In this document: positions 36,170-49,900 of the stretch, piece by piece
How the letters are laid out: each line of letters begins with the position of its first letter
Position numbering within the stretch: position 1 is the first letter of the stretch
The notes under the pieces: model-generated
Told to the model about the DNA's origin: nothing
The model's input: the letters and a program-made list of their open reading frames with translations, nothing else
Databases searched by the model: none
Source: Tubiluchus corallicola
Lineage: Eukaryota; Animalia; Priapulida
Assembly: GCA_030141605.1 (NCBI GenBank)
Contig: JAQGDQ010000021.1
Coordinates: 1,054,001 to 1,118,000, forward strand
Reading direction: 5' to 3'
Length of the DNA stretch: 64,000 nt
Program-made: the position numbers and the translations under genes

Positions 36170-36960
36170 TACAGGAAAGCTGAAAATAAGTTGTGTACAC
36201 ATAGGAATAGTTTACAATTAACCTCAAAATTAAAGCCATCTTCTCCAAACAATAACAACTTCAACAGATCATTACATCCTAGTGCAGCTATATTAAGGTT
36301 TTCAGGTAGCAGTATTTCATTTAATTTATCAATCACAACAATCCTAGCTAGCTTAATTAAACCTCAAAGACTGTGGTTTCAGCAGTCGAGTACTATAGCT
36401 TATGCCCAATTACTGAAAATGGTAAATAATTTCCTTCCTCGGGTCCCTGTAATATAGATTATCTGATAGTATGAAAGATCTCGTAGAAGATATTCAACTG
36501 ACAATAGCGAGGATTGTGGAAATTTTCTCAATATAGTTGACAGTTTCATAATACATATCACAGTGTAGTGATAGTTAGTCAGTAGCATCTCTCAAGACCG
36601 CACTGAAGCGCTTTTGAATTTTAATAAAAGCTATAAACACTTGTCTTATGAGGAGCGGCCAGCTTCAGCACTGCAATTTTTCAATGGCCGCTGTGAACTT
36701 GCTGTACAATGGAAGCCACTCTGTGGTGAGAATATTTTCACCTGTGTCATGAGCAGACAAAAGTTAATGAGTGAATTTCAACTGACTTTGAACTCAAGAC
36801 CTATTATTTGTAATTTTCTGTTTATTGACCAACTGAGTCATTACATTTCATTACAATGTCAATTCACATGTTTACACAAACCAATAAAGCAAATAGGTCA
36901 ACATACAAAAATAAGTCTAACAACACTTTTATTATTTCCGAAAGAACCCATACCGATTAC
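36170..36960 (-). mobile_element. Internally deleted CR1-like LINE remnant
   Basis: C-terminal LLKLLLFGEDGFNFEVNCKLFLCVHN signature; degenerate endonuclease-like pieces upstream. Confidence 0.45.
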
Positions 36961-37039
36961 GATACTATATTGTTTTCACAATGGTACTGATATTTAATTG
37001 TATTATTACTTTTAAGTGGTAAAAATGCTGTTATTAATA

Positions 37040-37387
37040 TTATTATTATTATTATTATTATCATCGTCATACCTCATCATCACCATCATCATTATCATCA
37101 TCATAACCACCACCATCATCATCATCACCGCCACTATCATCATCATCACCACACCACCGTCATCATCAGCATCAGCATCACCACCACCACCACTACCACC
37201 ACCACCACCACCACCACCATCATCATCATCACAATCATCGTCATCATCATCATCATCACCATCATCGTCATCACCTCATCATCACCATCATCATTATCAT
37301 CATCATAACCACCACCATCATCATCACCACCACCACTATCGTCATCATCACCACCACCACCATCATCATCATCACCACCACCATCAC

Positions 37388-37441
<54 letters not shown>

Positions 37442-37530
37442 CATCATCATCACCACCACCATCATCATATTCTTCATCACCACCACCACCACCATCATCA
37501 TCATCGTCATCATCACCACCATTATCATTC
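37040..37530. repeat. Compound (ATT)/(CAT)/(CAC)n microsatellite
   Basis: direct reading. Confidence 0.95.
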
Positions 37531-37610
37531 TTATCAACGTGTTCTTAGTGCTTCCGAAACATCACAGGAAAGGAGCACAAAAGTGTTATTGTCTGATTTT
37601 CATGTGCCAG

Positions 37611-38209
37611 TGGGAAACAGAAAAATGTTTCAGGCCATACTTTCCTTTGACCTATCATCTAAAACACGCACTTTCTTACCTACGATAATTGCCAAAGGTT
37701 TCTGATTATTAAATATTAGCCTAGTGACTTAATTAACGGCACGCGAGCGCAGCTAGAGGTCACGTAGTGACATGTAAGGGGGAGTAGAAATCTTCCACGA
37801 GCATGTTTGCGAAAGCGAAAACTAAAATATGACATTGCTATATGACATTAATGATTAAATACACAAACTCGCAGCATAATACATTCAAATTTTCAGATTC
37901 ACGCTATACTAAGGCGTGATTTCTGGAAGCTGCGCAGGGACGTTCTGTTGAACGGGTACAGCGCCCAATTTTTGTGCAACGTACTTTCGAGAGGGTTACT
38001 GAAATGCCCATCTAAGTATACACACTATACATGGCTGAGCGCATTGAACAGTGAAAACTAACAAAATTAAAGCAAGGCTTCCAGTAATAATTCTTCAAAT
38101 GCAAGTCATTCTTAAAAAGCAATATTTAAATAACGATAATTTTCTTTTTAGTTTTTAGACTGTAGATCATTCTGAGTGTGGCCTGAAATTGGGTACACGT
38201 TTCCTTTAA
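37611..38209 (+). mobile_element. TTAA MITE family A, diverged copy
   Basis: cttaattaacggcacgcgag block, tttttgtgcaacg block, ends tttcctttaa. Confidence 0.6.
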
Positions 38210-39821
38210 AATGTTTATTTCCGAACCGCGTGTTTACATCATTCATGTCTGGTGACCGGAACACCATAGCGTCACGTACTGCAACTACTAATGACTTTGT
38301 ACACAATACTAATGCCCAACTTAAGACCTAGCAGAATCTTAGCAGAAATTGCAGGAAATTATATTATCTCCAGCTGCTAATATTTCATTACTTGCTACGG
38401 CAATTAATTTTATCAGCCCTCCTGCGTAGATAGGTTTCAATAGCATATCTGTGTAGCTCTTAGCTCTATGTATTGCCAAATTTTGTTTTCAGTACAGAAA
38501 ACTTTTGACTGCAAATGCCAATAAATAGCACTAAAACATTTAACAAGTGCATCCTCTCTTTAAGGTCAAAGACATCGTACCTTGTGAAGTTTCACTTTTA
38601 CAAAAAAAGACAGAAAGAAAATGCACTAAATAAGATTTTCTGATACTTTTAATTTTTTTGTTGATGACTTATATAAGAGGAAATTGAGCGTGAAGGTGTT
38701 GTTACCGAAGAAAGTCTGAAACTTAACTTCGCGTGTTACTCGGTAGATGACGCCAGCGAAATACACGCGGCGTTTTTTATCACGTGTCACGTTCCACTGT
38801 GTAGCATTGTTTAAAAAATTAGCGTCACACAAACGACCCAGAGGCAAAGGAAGCTGTTGCTAGCACATTTGTTTAGCTTGCGATTTTCCGAAGTTTCACG
38901 AACAAAATGTTTTGTGGAAAAATGCAACTTCGAGAACATATGCCATCAGGAAGGAAGCCATGGAATTCAATAAAATTAATGTCAAATTTTAAGTTACGGT
39001 TAGCTCTTTTTATTAAAGAAAAATTGTTTTTACGTTAAAATCGACCTGTAAGAACTGTTACTTTCGTCAGTATGTAACGCAACGTAGCAACGCAGTATAA
39101 CTTCGTATACAAATTTTTTGCGACATACTCCTTTTTCTTCCCCTTTAAAGAGACTATAAAAACTCTACGAAAGTTTTCACCACCTTCAGCAGCTTATTAT
39201 ACGCGTGAAGCCGTACAATGACGTATAAATACTTATATATTTTGGTAGATAATGTGATTTAAATGCAAGACAAGACGATTTACTGACGTTTTTGCGTTTT
39301 TAAGAAAACATTTAAGTCAAATATGACACCCGTAAACCTTGGGATTTCAAAATTGTTTTATAACATAAAATATAATAATAATTAAAAAAATAGAATTATA
39401 ATAGTATAATTACAAAAATATTTAAAATAAAGTCATTTTTAATATTATATTATATTCATTTTTATTTATTTTGTTTTTATCTAGCAGCATTATCAGCGTT
39501 TTCACAGTTCTTGCACAAATCACAGGGTGAAAAAACTTCGCTGAACAAAATAAACTGAGACGCTCATAATTATACAAAATTTTGCAAAAGTTTATTACGA
39601 GGAGAGTTATTCGTTAGTTGTGCAAAACATTAGTGATGAAGTTTCACAACACTTTTTGCGTTAAGGACGATGACACACTTGCGATTTTTAATAGCCAAAC
39701 AAATAACCAAAAACAATTTTGTTGAAATATAGTGGAAGCCAAAACATTCTCAATCCCATGGCTATACTCACTTATACCCATTATCATTACCATACTCTTT
39801 AAATTAGACTGACATTTTGAA

Positions 39822-40026
39822 TTCAGGTAATAAAGTCACAGGTAATAAAGCCAGATGTATTAAAGTCCCAGGTAAAAAAGTCACAAGAAAAAAGTCACCG
39901 GACAAAACACACAGAAAAAAGAAATAACCTTAACTCTAACCCAGAACCCTAATCAAAATTTATTTTGACTTTTTCTTGTGACTTTTTTCGTGACTTTTGT
40001 TGCTGGTGATTTAATTATGGGTCACC
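39822..40026. mobile_element. Foldback-like element with AAAGTCAC subterminal repeats and TAACCC-like core
   Basis: aaagtcac repeats on the left, gtgactttt repeats on the right; related half-element at ~25262-25345. Confidence 0.55.
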
Positions 40027-40674
40027 GACATTCTTTATGGCAGGACCTACACGAATTAAGAATAAAAATTTAATGCAAAATACCGGTATCTGATGTATTT
40101 TCCTACCACGTGTCCCCTTATTTCGTCATCTTATGACCAAATTGTAATTGTCACTCCCTAAAAAAACACAGCATGTTTCAGACATTATTGAACATCATTC
40201 ACATGTTCTTGAATAAACAATTGCTCTAAATAACTATGTAACTCATAGTTTACTCACTATTTAACAATAGTTGACATCGTTTACCCTGTTGCGTGTCAGC
40301 AGCCAGACAATCCAATGTCTCATTTCTTGTGTGACTCTGTCGACAATTATTCTGTTCACCGCGCATCTTTGCGCACCTCACAGGTTTTGTGCAGCCACCC
40401 AGTCCAATGGTGTTGAATAACAGCTTCATATTCTACTTATTGGGAAAATGTCCAACGAGCTCATGCACGCACCTATCAATCACGTTTTGACTTTACCTGG
40501 TACGTGATAAACGAGGCAATACACTATAATTATGCAATAAGCTACGTCTGTGCTTTTCTAACAAAGTTTTTCTAACATTTTTTTATTTGACAAGTGCTTT
40601 AAAGAAAATTGCGTAACAATTATAATCAGTGTATTGTACATCACCAAATAGTGATGTACAAAAGGGGAGGTTCT

Positions 40675-40739
40675 CCCCTCTTCTCCCCCTTTTCTCTCTC
40701 CCCATCCCTCTCTCTCTCTTTCTCTCTCTCTTCTCTCTC

Positions 40740-40770
<31 letters not shown>

Positions 40771-40950
40771 TTATCTGAACCTATTCATCCATCCATCCAT
40801 CCATCCATCCATCCATCCATCCATCCATCCATCCATCCATCCATCCATTCATCCATCCATTCATCCATTCATCCATCCATCCATCCATCCAGCTAGCTAG
40901 CTAGGTAGCTACTTACCTGCCTACCTACCTGCGTCCATCCATCTATCTAT
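40675..40950. repeat. (CT)n + (CCAT)n microsatellites
   Basis: direct reading. Confidence 0.92.
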
Positions 40951-41247
40951 CTGTAGAAAAGAAAAGAGAATTTCTAAGAAAAGAGAATTTTGCATAAAGT
41001 TTAAAAAAATCGTCTTGAAATTTTGCATCACCTTCATACTGTCTTACTGCACACAGAGCTCTGTTTGCAGAAACGCTGTACAGAACTCGTAACTAAACTC
41101 CGCTGCAGCCATCAGTCAGTCACTGAGTAACAGATAATTTTGCGTAAAATTTGTAAAAATAATATTAACGCACAATTCACTAAATAAACAAAGGTGTAAA
41201 TCACTTTATCTTGTCAATAAGATTGATAATATTATATTTTCTAGAGA

Positions 41248-41500
41248 GCCAGTGACGTTTGCTGCGTACGCTGAGATGGTGACCAGTGACTTGTGCTGGG
41301 TACACTGAGATAGTGAACCAGTGACGTGTGCTGGATACACTGAGATGGTGAAGCAGTGACGTTGCTGGGTACACTGAGATAGTGAACCATTGACGTTGCT
41401 GCGTACACTGAGATGGTGAAGCAGTGACGTTGCTGGGTACACTGAGATGGTGAACCAGTGACGTTGCTGGGTACACTGAGATGGTGAATCAGTGACGTTT
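41248..41500. repeat. 34-bp minisatellite (AGTGACGTTGCTGGGTACACTGAGATGGTGAACC)
   Basis: about 7 tandem copies. Confidence 0.92.
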
Positions 41501-42233
41501 TACCAGTTGATGCTGTTGGCGCAAAAAATTTAAATTACAAAGAATTTTCTTTGACAGTTGCGCAAGTCTTTTAAACAGACGAGCGTAATGCTAACTTTGA
41601 CTTAGAACGTTTCTGTGATTCTGTGAAATACTTTAAAATTACTTTTTTACAAGAAAAAGGGCGGGGTTGCTTTATTTTGAATCATCTTTTTTACTACTAT
41701 CTAAAAATATTGTTGCACTCTGTTAGGTATTGACTCGGTGTAACCAGTGAAGCATATCATGTGATTTTTACCAAAAGCGTCACAAATTATAATTTTTCAA
41801 GAAACAGAGAACACTTTCGGTTAATTTATCCCCTGCTGCGCATTAACTAGAAAGAACAGCTAATAATGTAGCATCAAACGAGATGGTCCTTCCTAATGCA
41901 ACACCTCATAAATATTTTAAATATTTTGATGAAAAACCTCACACTAACTTATTTTGCTTGATGCATTACCAGAAAATGTCACAACAATCAAGAATGTGTC
42001 CACTACGTTTGAACTCTTTAACAGTCAGTCACTGAGTAACAGTTTGAAGTTTGTCTAGACAATTTTACGTAAAATTTGTAAAAATAATATTAACACACTT
42101 CCCTAAGTAAATAAAAGTGTTTGGGTCCAACTGTTCTGTGCAGTGTTCCAAACCATAACTGAAAAAAATTCTTTGTAATAATTTAATACTTTATTGTGTA
42201 ATAATGCATATTCCACTTGCCGAATAACTGCTG

Positions 42234-42367
42234 TGATGATGACAATCATGATGATGATGATGACGATTATGACAACGATGATGATAATGACGACGACAAT
42301 GACGACGACGACGACGACGACGATGACGATGATGATGATGAAGATGACGATGAGGTTGATAATGATA
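42234..42367. repeat. (GAT)/(GAC)n microsatellite
   Basis: direct reading. Confidence 0.9.
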
Positions 42368-44035
42368 AATCTTGATAAACTACTTCTTCTCTTTCTGCTT
42401 CATTCGTGTGCATTAAGTGAACAAGGTCTTATTAATTCAAAGATTAATTAAGCGCATAATTACTCACCCGCAAAGTTATTAAAGATTAATGCAAAAACTC
42501 ACTCACGAATGCTACAAATGGCTTCAGTAGGTTGGTGTATTCTCACCGGGTATTTGATACCGTCTGGGAAATCTTCTTTACAATATATGTACGTAATATT
42601 GAGATCATGTTTTTCATTTTTCAAAGATGTAAGTAAACTCATAAAATTTATGTAGAGTTCATGTAACCGAATATTGAATTCTAGACTGTGCAAGAGCAGA
42701 AATTGGGTCTTTTTGAATTTATTGATGCAAAATACTCCTGGCACATCTGACTGTCCTGTTCTAATTTATCCTAGAACCAATACACATTTGAAATTGTTAA
42801 TTACAATTAATTTTTGTTTTAACTAAGTAACTTTAACTGATGACAGAGGATTCAGCTGCATTTATTGTGGTTAGGTACTACAAAAATTGCAATACACACA
42901 GACCTAATATAGGTAACTCTAGTGAGTTGGCATAAACCTACTTAGCTTATTTGCTCATCTTTATTTACCATGCACATAGCTTGAATATTCCACCACGACT
43001 GAAAGATTTCCTACTTCTAGTTAAAGAACGCTTCTTTTACTGCATGGCAAAAACTAAACTGTAATTAGTAGTCGCATTAGTGATGTGAAGATGATTTTCG
43101 CTAAATGGCGTTCACAGGAACATTAAGATTTTGGACTTTATAATAAAATGACAGGTCGGATCAAAAGCAAGAAAGATTAAACTGACAATCATCCAGCATA
43201 GCAAATACACGTGTCATCATATATTTCGTTACTGATAAAACAAGCTGTTTAAACTGTTAGGCAGGAATAACTACTGTTTATAATTTCCTGGGCTCTGAAT
43301 CTGTAATGCATTACCAGAGATCGGCTGCAGACCACATTTAAACAGTAAAGTCTGAATATGTTTTACTAATCCCAATAAATAGCTTGTATAAGCCTCAAGT
43401 GTTTGCACACTACTCTAGAGGAGCAAGGAGCAAGTTTGGCAAGTACAGGAGGCAAAGGAAAACAGACAAATCACAACATAACTCGGTTTACTGTGGTGGC
43501 TCCGCAGTCTACTGACCATTCTAAAATTGCTTACAACTGGAGATTGGAGTATAACACTTTCATTTTGTATTTTTTCATATTTTACTATAAAGCTGCCTTC
43601 ATTAATTTATATTCGTCTGTTTACTAAAGTCTAATGTGATGTGCTTTCAAATATTAAAGTGAGCTTGTAAGTTAGCCGGACAGAGGGCAGTGGCTAGTGG
43701 ACAGTGAGTTCGATATGTTCGTGAACAACTTAAAAAAAGAACAAATGAAATATTTTGAAACGTTCTATTAATAAAACTGCTATATCACACTAAGTAGAAT
43801 ACTTGTATACAAAGTGCGCGTTATCAGTGATACTTTATACGTGTACCTTCGGTTGTAAGTTACATGTTCTATACGCATTTATTACTCCGCGTGCAGTGTG
43901 CACTCGGTAAATGGTAGCAAAGAGAGGTTTATGTCTTTTATCTGTGTAGACTTGTTAGCCTTAACGGTTTAAAAATCTTGTGAAAGTGAAAATTTCAAAA
44001 GTGAAAACAAACAAGGCAATTTAGACCATTAAATC

Positions 44036-44676
44036 ATGACGGAAAAGGGTATTTTTATTAGCCGCACTCTAGCGATAACTCTTGTCGTTGCCGTTGCCCT
44101 GGCAATAACCATTGTCGGTTTAACGGTCGGCCTCACGACCCGCAAAGACTGCGACGAGATTGAAGTTACAGCTGAACCGACGACAGCAACAACACTACCA
44201 TCAGCGTCGACGACAGTGTCGTCAGCACAAACGACAGAAGAGCTCACACCTGGCACAGGTGAATCGACGGGTACGGCTGATAGTTCCACGCCAGAGTGGG
44301 AACCCTGGCATGACGCCCTTCTGCCCAGCAACATACATCCTTTAGAATACAGTATATACCTCTTCCCGAACATGGAGACGGACGAGTACGTAGGAGAGGT
44401 TCTCATACGCATGAACGTCAGTACTGCCACACAAAATGTCATACTACATCAACAAGATATAGAAATAACAGGAACCACACTATTCGATGACAATAGTGTT
44501 GAGATCTCGATTGATTCCACTTTTCCGTACGATGAAAACCAGTACTGGGTTGTAGTAGCAACAGATGAATTACAGCCGGGAATTTACGATTTAGAGTTGG
44601 GCTACAAAGGCGACCTTACCAAAAACATTGTAGGCATTTACAAAAGCGTGTATACAACCTCAGCAGGCGAGAGCAG
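44036..44676 (+). CDS. ENPEP: Aminopeptidase exon 1 (TM anchor, stalk, start of N-terminal domain)
   Basis: 214-aa ORF; [21 protein letters not shown]; phase-2 donor gtgaga. Confidence 0.93.
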
Positions 44677-46836
44677 GTGAGATGATAATGTTTATTGTGA
44701 TGCAATGCATACGTCATTACTTCAATTCCAATATTAAATGTCTTTGGCCTGTGCTTGTGTCGTTACGTAAGACAAAGGTCGTAAGAAAGACGCCATTTTT
44801 CAAAATTCTTTGCATCCTTTAATCACCACTTCGCAACTGTGCATAATACTTAATGCTTTTTCTATTAAAATTTAAGCAACTTTTAGCTTTAGCGCCTCAA
44901 TTATACGGTAGTCTAGGTACAACTTTTTGTCCACATGTTAGACAATACGTCAAGGAAAATTACAAATTAAAGGGAAAGAATGAGTAATTTTAAAGTATGT
45001 CCCAAAAAACTTTACATACAATGTTATATTACCTTGCATTACGCTTACATCATTTTGAATTGTCCAAGGTGCGCGCTTTAATTAATCTTGTAGTATAAGG
45101 AATTTTTTTGTTTTTTTGTTTTTTAATTCCACGTCATAAAACGCAGTACTGCTCCCATTGACAACTATTAAATTAGTAGACGAAGATTTCTATCATTAGA
45201 TTATAAACGTAAGTCAATTTATACAGGTACTCACAGTATTGCTGACAGAAACAACTTTTATTGAAAACTTTAAAATCATGTCAAACGTTTCGACTGCAGA
45301 GTAAAACAATCATCTTCAGTGTGATAGAGTTACAAGTCAAACGAATTTTATTGTACAAAATGTCTCATTGTACAAAATTTTATTGCTCGGCACATTGGCA
45401 CAAATTTACTATTAAAATTTTAAACATATAAAAGTCGCTTATAATAAACGAATAGGTACACTTTTTAAACAATCTTTCGATTGCTCTGCTAGAAGCATCT
45501 CTTAATCTCACATTGCCTTATTTTGACGTTATTTTACGGAAAAATATTTACATTCTAAAGACGCGTGTTTTTAATAGTCATAACAGTTTGATAAATGAGT
45601 TTTTTTTAACAATGATTGTATCTTTTCATCCAAAATGTATCAACATTAGATAAATGAATTACATACAGAAAACATCTATTACTTTTACATCTTTAATCTT
45701 GTACGTGTATTTTGCCAAATTGTTTACCTGTAAATAATTTATTATGATAGTATTTTATGTGTGTGTAACGTGCTAGCTATTGTACATATGTAGTATGTTT
45801 TTGTATGTTTTGCTGATATTATATTGTTTTTACCAGGGATAAAGTGTATTTTATTTAGCTTTTACCTTACACAAACAACAACCAGTTTTATAGACAAAGC
45901 CTCTGCAGCACAAGAAAGAAAACCAATAATTGTGTATTTGTTATTTGGCTGCATCTTTGGCTTCTATGTAAATACATAATTAGTGATTTTTTTGTGCACT
46001 ATAGGCTTTGCCTACAAAACTGATCACAATTTGCTTACTCTATGAAACTGAAGATGACTACTGGACTACTGGACTCTGTAGTTGAAACGCTTGGCGTGAT
46101 TTTAAATTTTTTAATAGAAGTTTTTTCTTTCAATGATATTATAAATTGAACTATTATACTCCGACTACTCAAAAAATTACGAGCCTTACGGTTCACTAAG
46201 AGGAAATTATTAAGCCTGAAACTGTTAATTGCAACTAATAACAGATTGTATTACGTTGCGTGACGTACAATTAGATTGTTTGCACGTAGAAGTATTCATC
46301 TTTCATTATGACGTTATTTTTCTTTCCGCGCCATTTTTTTATTTTTTCCTGCATTTTAAATACCAGTTTTAGTGACATACATAAGTTGTATGACACACCA
46401 AAAGTGTGAACGAAAATCATTGTTTGGCATTTCTAAATGCTAGTGCTGCTCCTGAGTGGGTGCAAGTGTTACGTAAATACAAAACAGCCAAACTACGGGA
46501 AAACTATAAAAAGGGCCTCAATTTTCGTCTGCAAGTACTGAAATAGGCTTATTGGCATAACTAATAGATAAATGTTAAAGATATATTTTATGAAACAATT
46601 CAGTAATGATAACAGTATTTATTAAAAAGAACTTCGTGTTTGGTATGATAAACACAATAATAATTACAAATTGATGACTGTTTTAATAATATAATAATAA
46701 TAGTAATGATGATGATGATGTTGTTGATGTTGTTGTTGATGATGATGATGATGATGTCGTCGAGGTCGTCGTCGTCGTCGTCGTCGTCGAGGTCGTCGAG
46801 GTCGTCGAGGTCGTCGAGGTCGTCGAGGACGACGAG

Positions 46837-46875
<39 letters not shown>

Positions 46876-46881
46876 AACAAC

Positions 46882-46919
<38 letters not shown>

Positions 46920-49900
46920 GTACTTAGTTCACACTTAAAATGTGTGAATTAGGGGGAATTTAATGGGGATTTAAAATGAAAACAAACAAAAATTCCTTTT
47001 AACACAAGTACGATATACGCATAAAATCGCTGTAAAGTAATATAATTTTTAAGGCGATTTTTCTGGAACTTACTTCAGGTACCCCTTTCCTTGTTCTTTA
47101 ACTAACCTTGCCATTACCATTGATTTCACCTGGCGGTGTGTCAGACTGCATGAAAGACTACATCGTTTAAAACTTGTTGCAACGTTTTCAGGAGTTTGGT
47201 TGCGTCTAAATTTCAACCAACTTACGCAAGACAAGCATTCCCGAATTTTGATGAACCAAAGTTCAAAGCAGCTTTCAACATCACACTTGTTCATCCAGAT
47301 GATCCATACTACGCCAGATCCAATATGCCAGCTCAGGTAGGTCACTTGTCTCTCAAGCTGTCTTGCCAGTACAAATGACATGTTGACTTAATTAGGTAAA
47401 TAAGAAACGCCACCAAACTAGTGTTATTTTTTAAAGGAAAACAGGATGATTTTTCATACCCTACCCCACTTTGAAGTACGATTAAAAGTACGCACTATAA
47501 CGCCAATAATAATGCTGAAGCGTTTCTCATAATTAAATATTACATTAAAAACTTAATTAACGGGGACCCAGTCCAACTAGTGATAACCTCTCAAGTAAAC
47601 ATAATTTTCAACAGCAGAAATATGTGTGAACGTGCAAGCCATGAGCGTGTTGTATGTGTTTGCGACAGCGAAAATTGAAGTAAAGTACTACTGTATAAGA
47701 TTTAGTGTGATACACAAAGACTCCACAAATTTTAAATTAAAATTCAAATTTCAAGTTTAACGCTGTACTCACGCATGAGCTTTCGAACGTGTGCACATTA
47801 CGACTGAACACTTCTGAACTGAGTGGTACAGCACCAACTTTTTGAGCAACGAGTTTCCGAGATGCAGGCGCTAGCAGCGAACGGCGAAGTGCATGTAATA
47901 ACAACGAACTAGCCCCACGAACGTTAAATTACGTTTCTGTGGTAATAATTCTTTCACGTAAGTCATTATTTATAAGAACAAAACTTTCAAAAATAAAGTA
48001 CTTATTCAATACCTACTCAAAAAATATCCAATAATTATTCAAAAAATTATACAATATGAATAAAAAAACAATAAATTTTATGAGGTAGATTATTTTGAAC
48101 TATAGTTTAAGATATGCCCTAAGCATATTTTGTGCCTTGGAAATTAGGAGTTTTATATGAATAAGGCATTTTAGACAAACATAGACAAACATGTTAACAT
48201 TCATTGTTTGCACATTCTTTTATATGTTCTAATTAATCAATGTCCATATTAAGCGAATAACTTAATTTCTGCTGCTGCTGCAATGTATTACAATTTTGTC
48301 AACAAAATATTGGATATTGTTATCACACTCACCATTCATATATTGCAACGCGAAATGGATAAATAAATAAAGCTAATCTAATTTTAAAGATTTTGAAATA
48401 GAAACACAACAACTTTTTAATGGAACTCACAAAATTATGTTTAATTAACAGTGCTTAGCTGCAGGCATCTTGAATGGCCTTTTTGGACGACCAAATTCAA
48501 AGTGGTTTTTGCACTACGGACTTTTTAGATCATGCAAACAAATTTGGCTAACTAAAACTGTTAACACGATGACTTTTGAATTCTTGACTTGGCCATTGTA
48601 AGCAGAAAATGTATGGCAGTAATAATGAGACAACTTAAGAAATTTGAGCAAGAACGTTTAACAATCATTTGTGAAATGTTTGCTCCTATGAATGCCAGGC
48701 AGTCGAGCTAAAGTGTTTGTATGTAACACAGGCGGGAAAAATTCATTTCTTTACTTCAGATAAATTTACTCGTCAGAAGAATAGGCGGCGTCAAGTAAAT
48801 ATACGGGAAGTTAGTGCTTATGACAATATGCAGAACAAAAATGAATAGTTCTCCCAGTTTCGAATCTAAATTCGAATCTATTAAAACAACTGAAGTTACT
48901 TTAGTTGAGTAACTGGCTGACTGGCCGCGTAAATGATTGGTAACTAGCTGATTGACTAACTCACTGACTGACTGACTGTTTGACTGACTGACTGACTGAC
49001 TGACCGACCGACCGACCCCTACCGACCGACCGACCGACCGCCTGACTGGCTGGCTGACTGACTGACTGACTGACTGACTGACTGACTGACTGACTGACTG
49101 ACTGACTGACTGACTGACTGACTGACTGACTGACTGACTGACTGACTGACTGACTCATTAACTGACGGACTGACCGACTCCCTCACTCACTCACTGGCTA
49201 TTTGGCCAAATGACTATCTGACTGGCCAACCAACTAATTGATTTCTTTTGGTGAGGAGATTTAACATCATTTGAAATTAGTGGTAAAAAAATTATCAAAT
49301 CTTTACGGCAACAACTCAGTTCGTCCTTGCTGGTTATCAGTGTAATTATCTACACAGAAAAATATCGATTAGAGTATCAAAGCAATTATATTTTTATGAT
49401 CGATGGCTCATGACATTATTAGTCGATCATTAGTTAGATTAACAGGACATCAGAAAAGTTCTGTATGACTGACAAACAACTCATGCGGAAGACACGAAAG
49501 AACTTACCGTACTGAGTCTCCTAATGAGCTGTCTTACATATTACAGCTAAGCATAACTAAAACTAATGATCGGGTCTTTTTCCACGTAGGAGAGTTTCTC
49601 AAGAAAATAAGTTTCCGGTCACAGACTCTAGAAGGGGCGACTCGAGGTGCTCGTCAGATAATCACATCGCTAATTTGCATGAAGCAGTTGTAGCAAACTA
49701 GTTTTTACTTATTTCCACTAGTTTCTACGTAATGCCTGTCATGCCCTGTTTTACGAAAATCAATGTTTTGTAACCGCCTCCACCCACACCCACACCCAAC
49801 CACCTTTTCACCCAACCAACCAACCACCCATCCACAACCCCCCCCCCCCCACACACACACACACACACGCACACACACACACACAGACACACACACAAAT

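Noticed and set aside
37016-37705. 229-aa His/Pro/Ser-rich ORF
   Set aside because: Translation of a CAT/CAC microsatellite running into a MITE; GTG start and no domain.
42499-42744. 81-aa minus ORF ending at a gtgagt donor-like site
   Set aside because: No recognisable motif or partner exons found.
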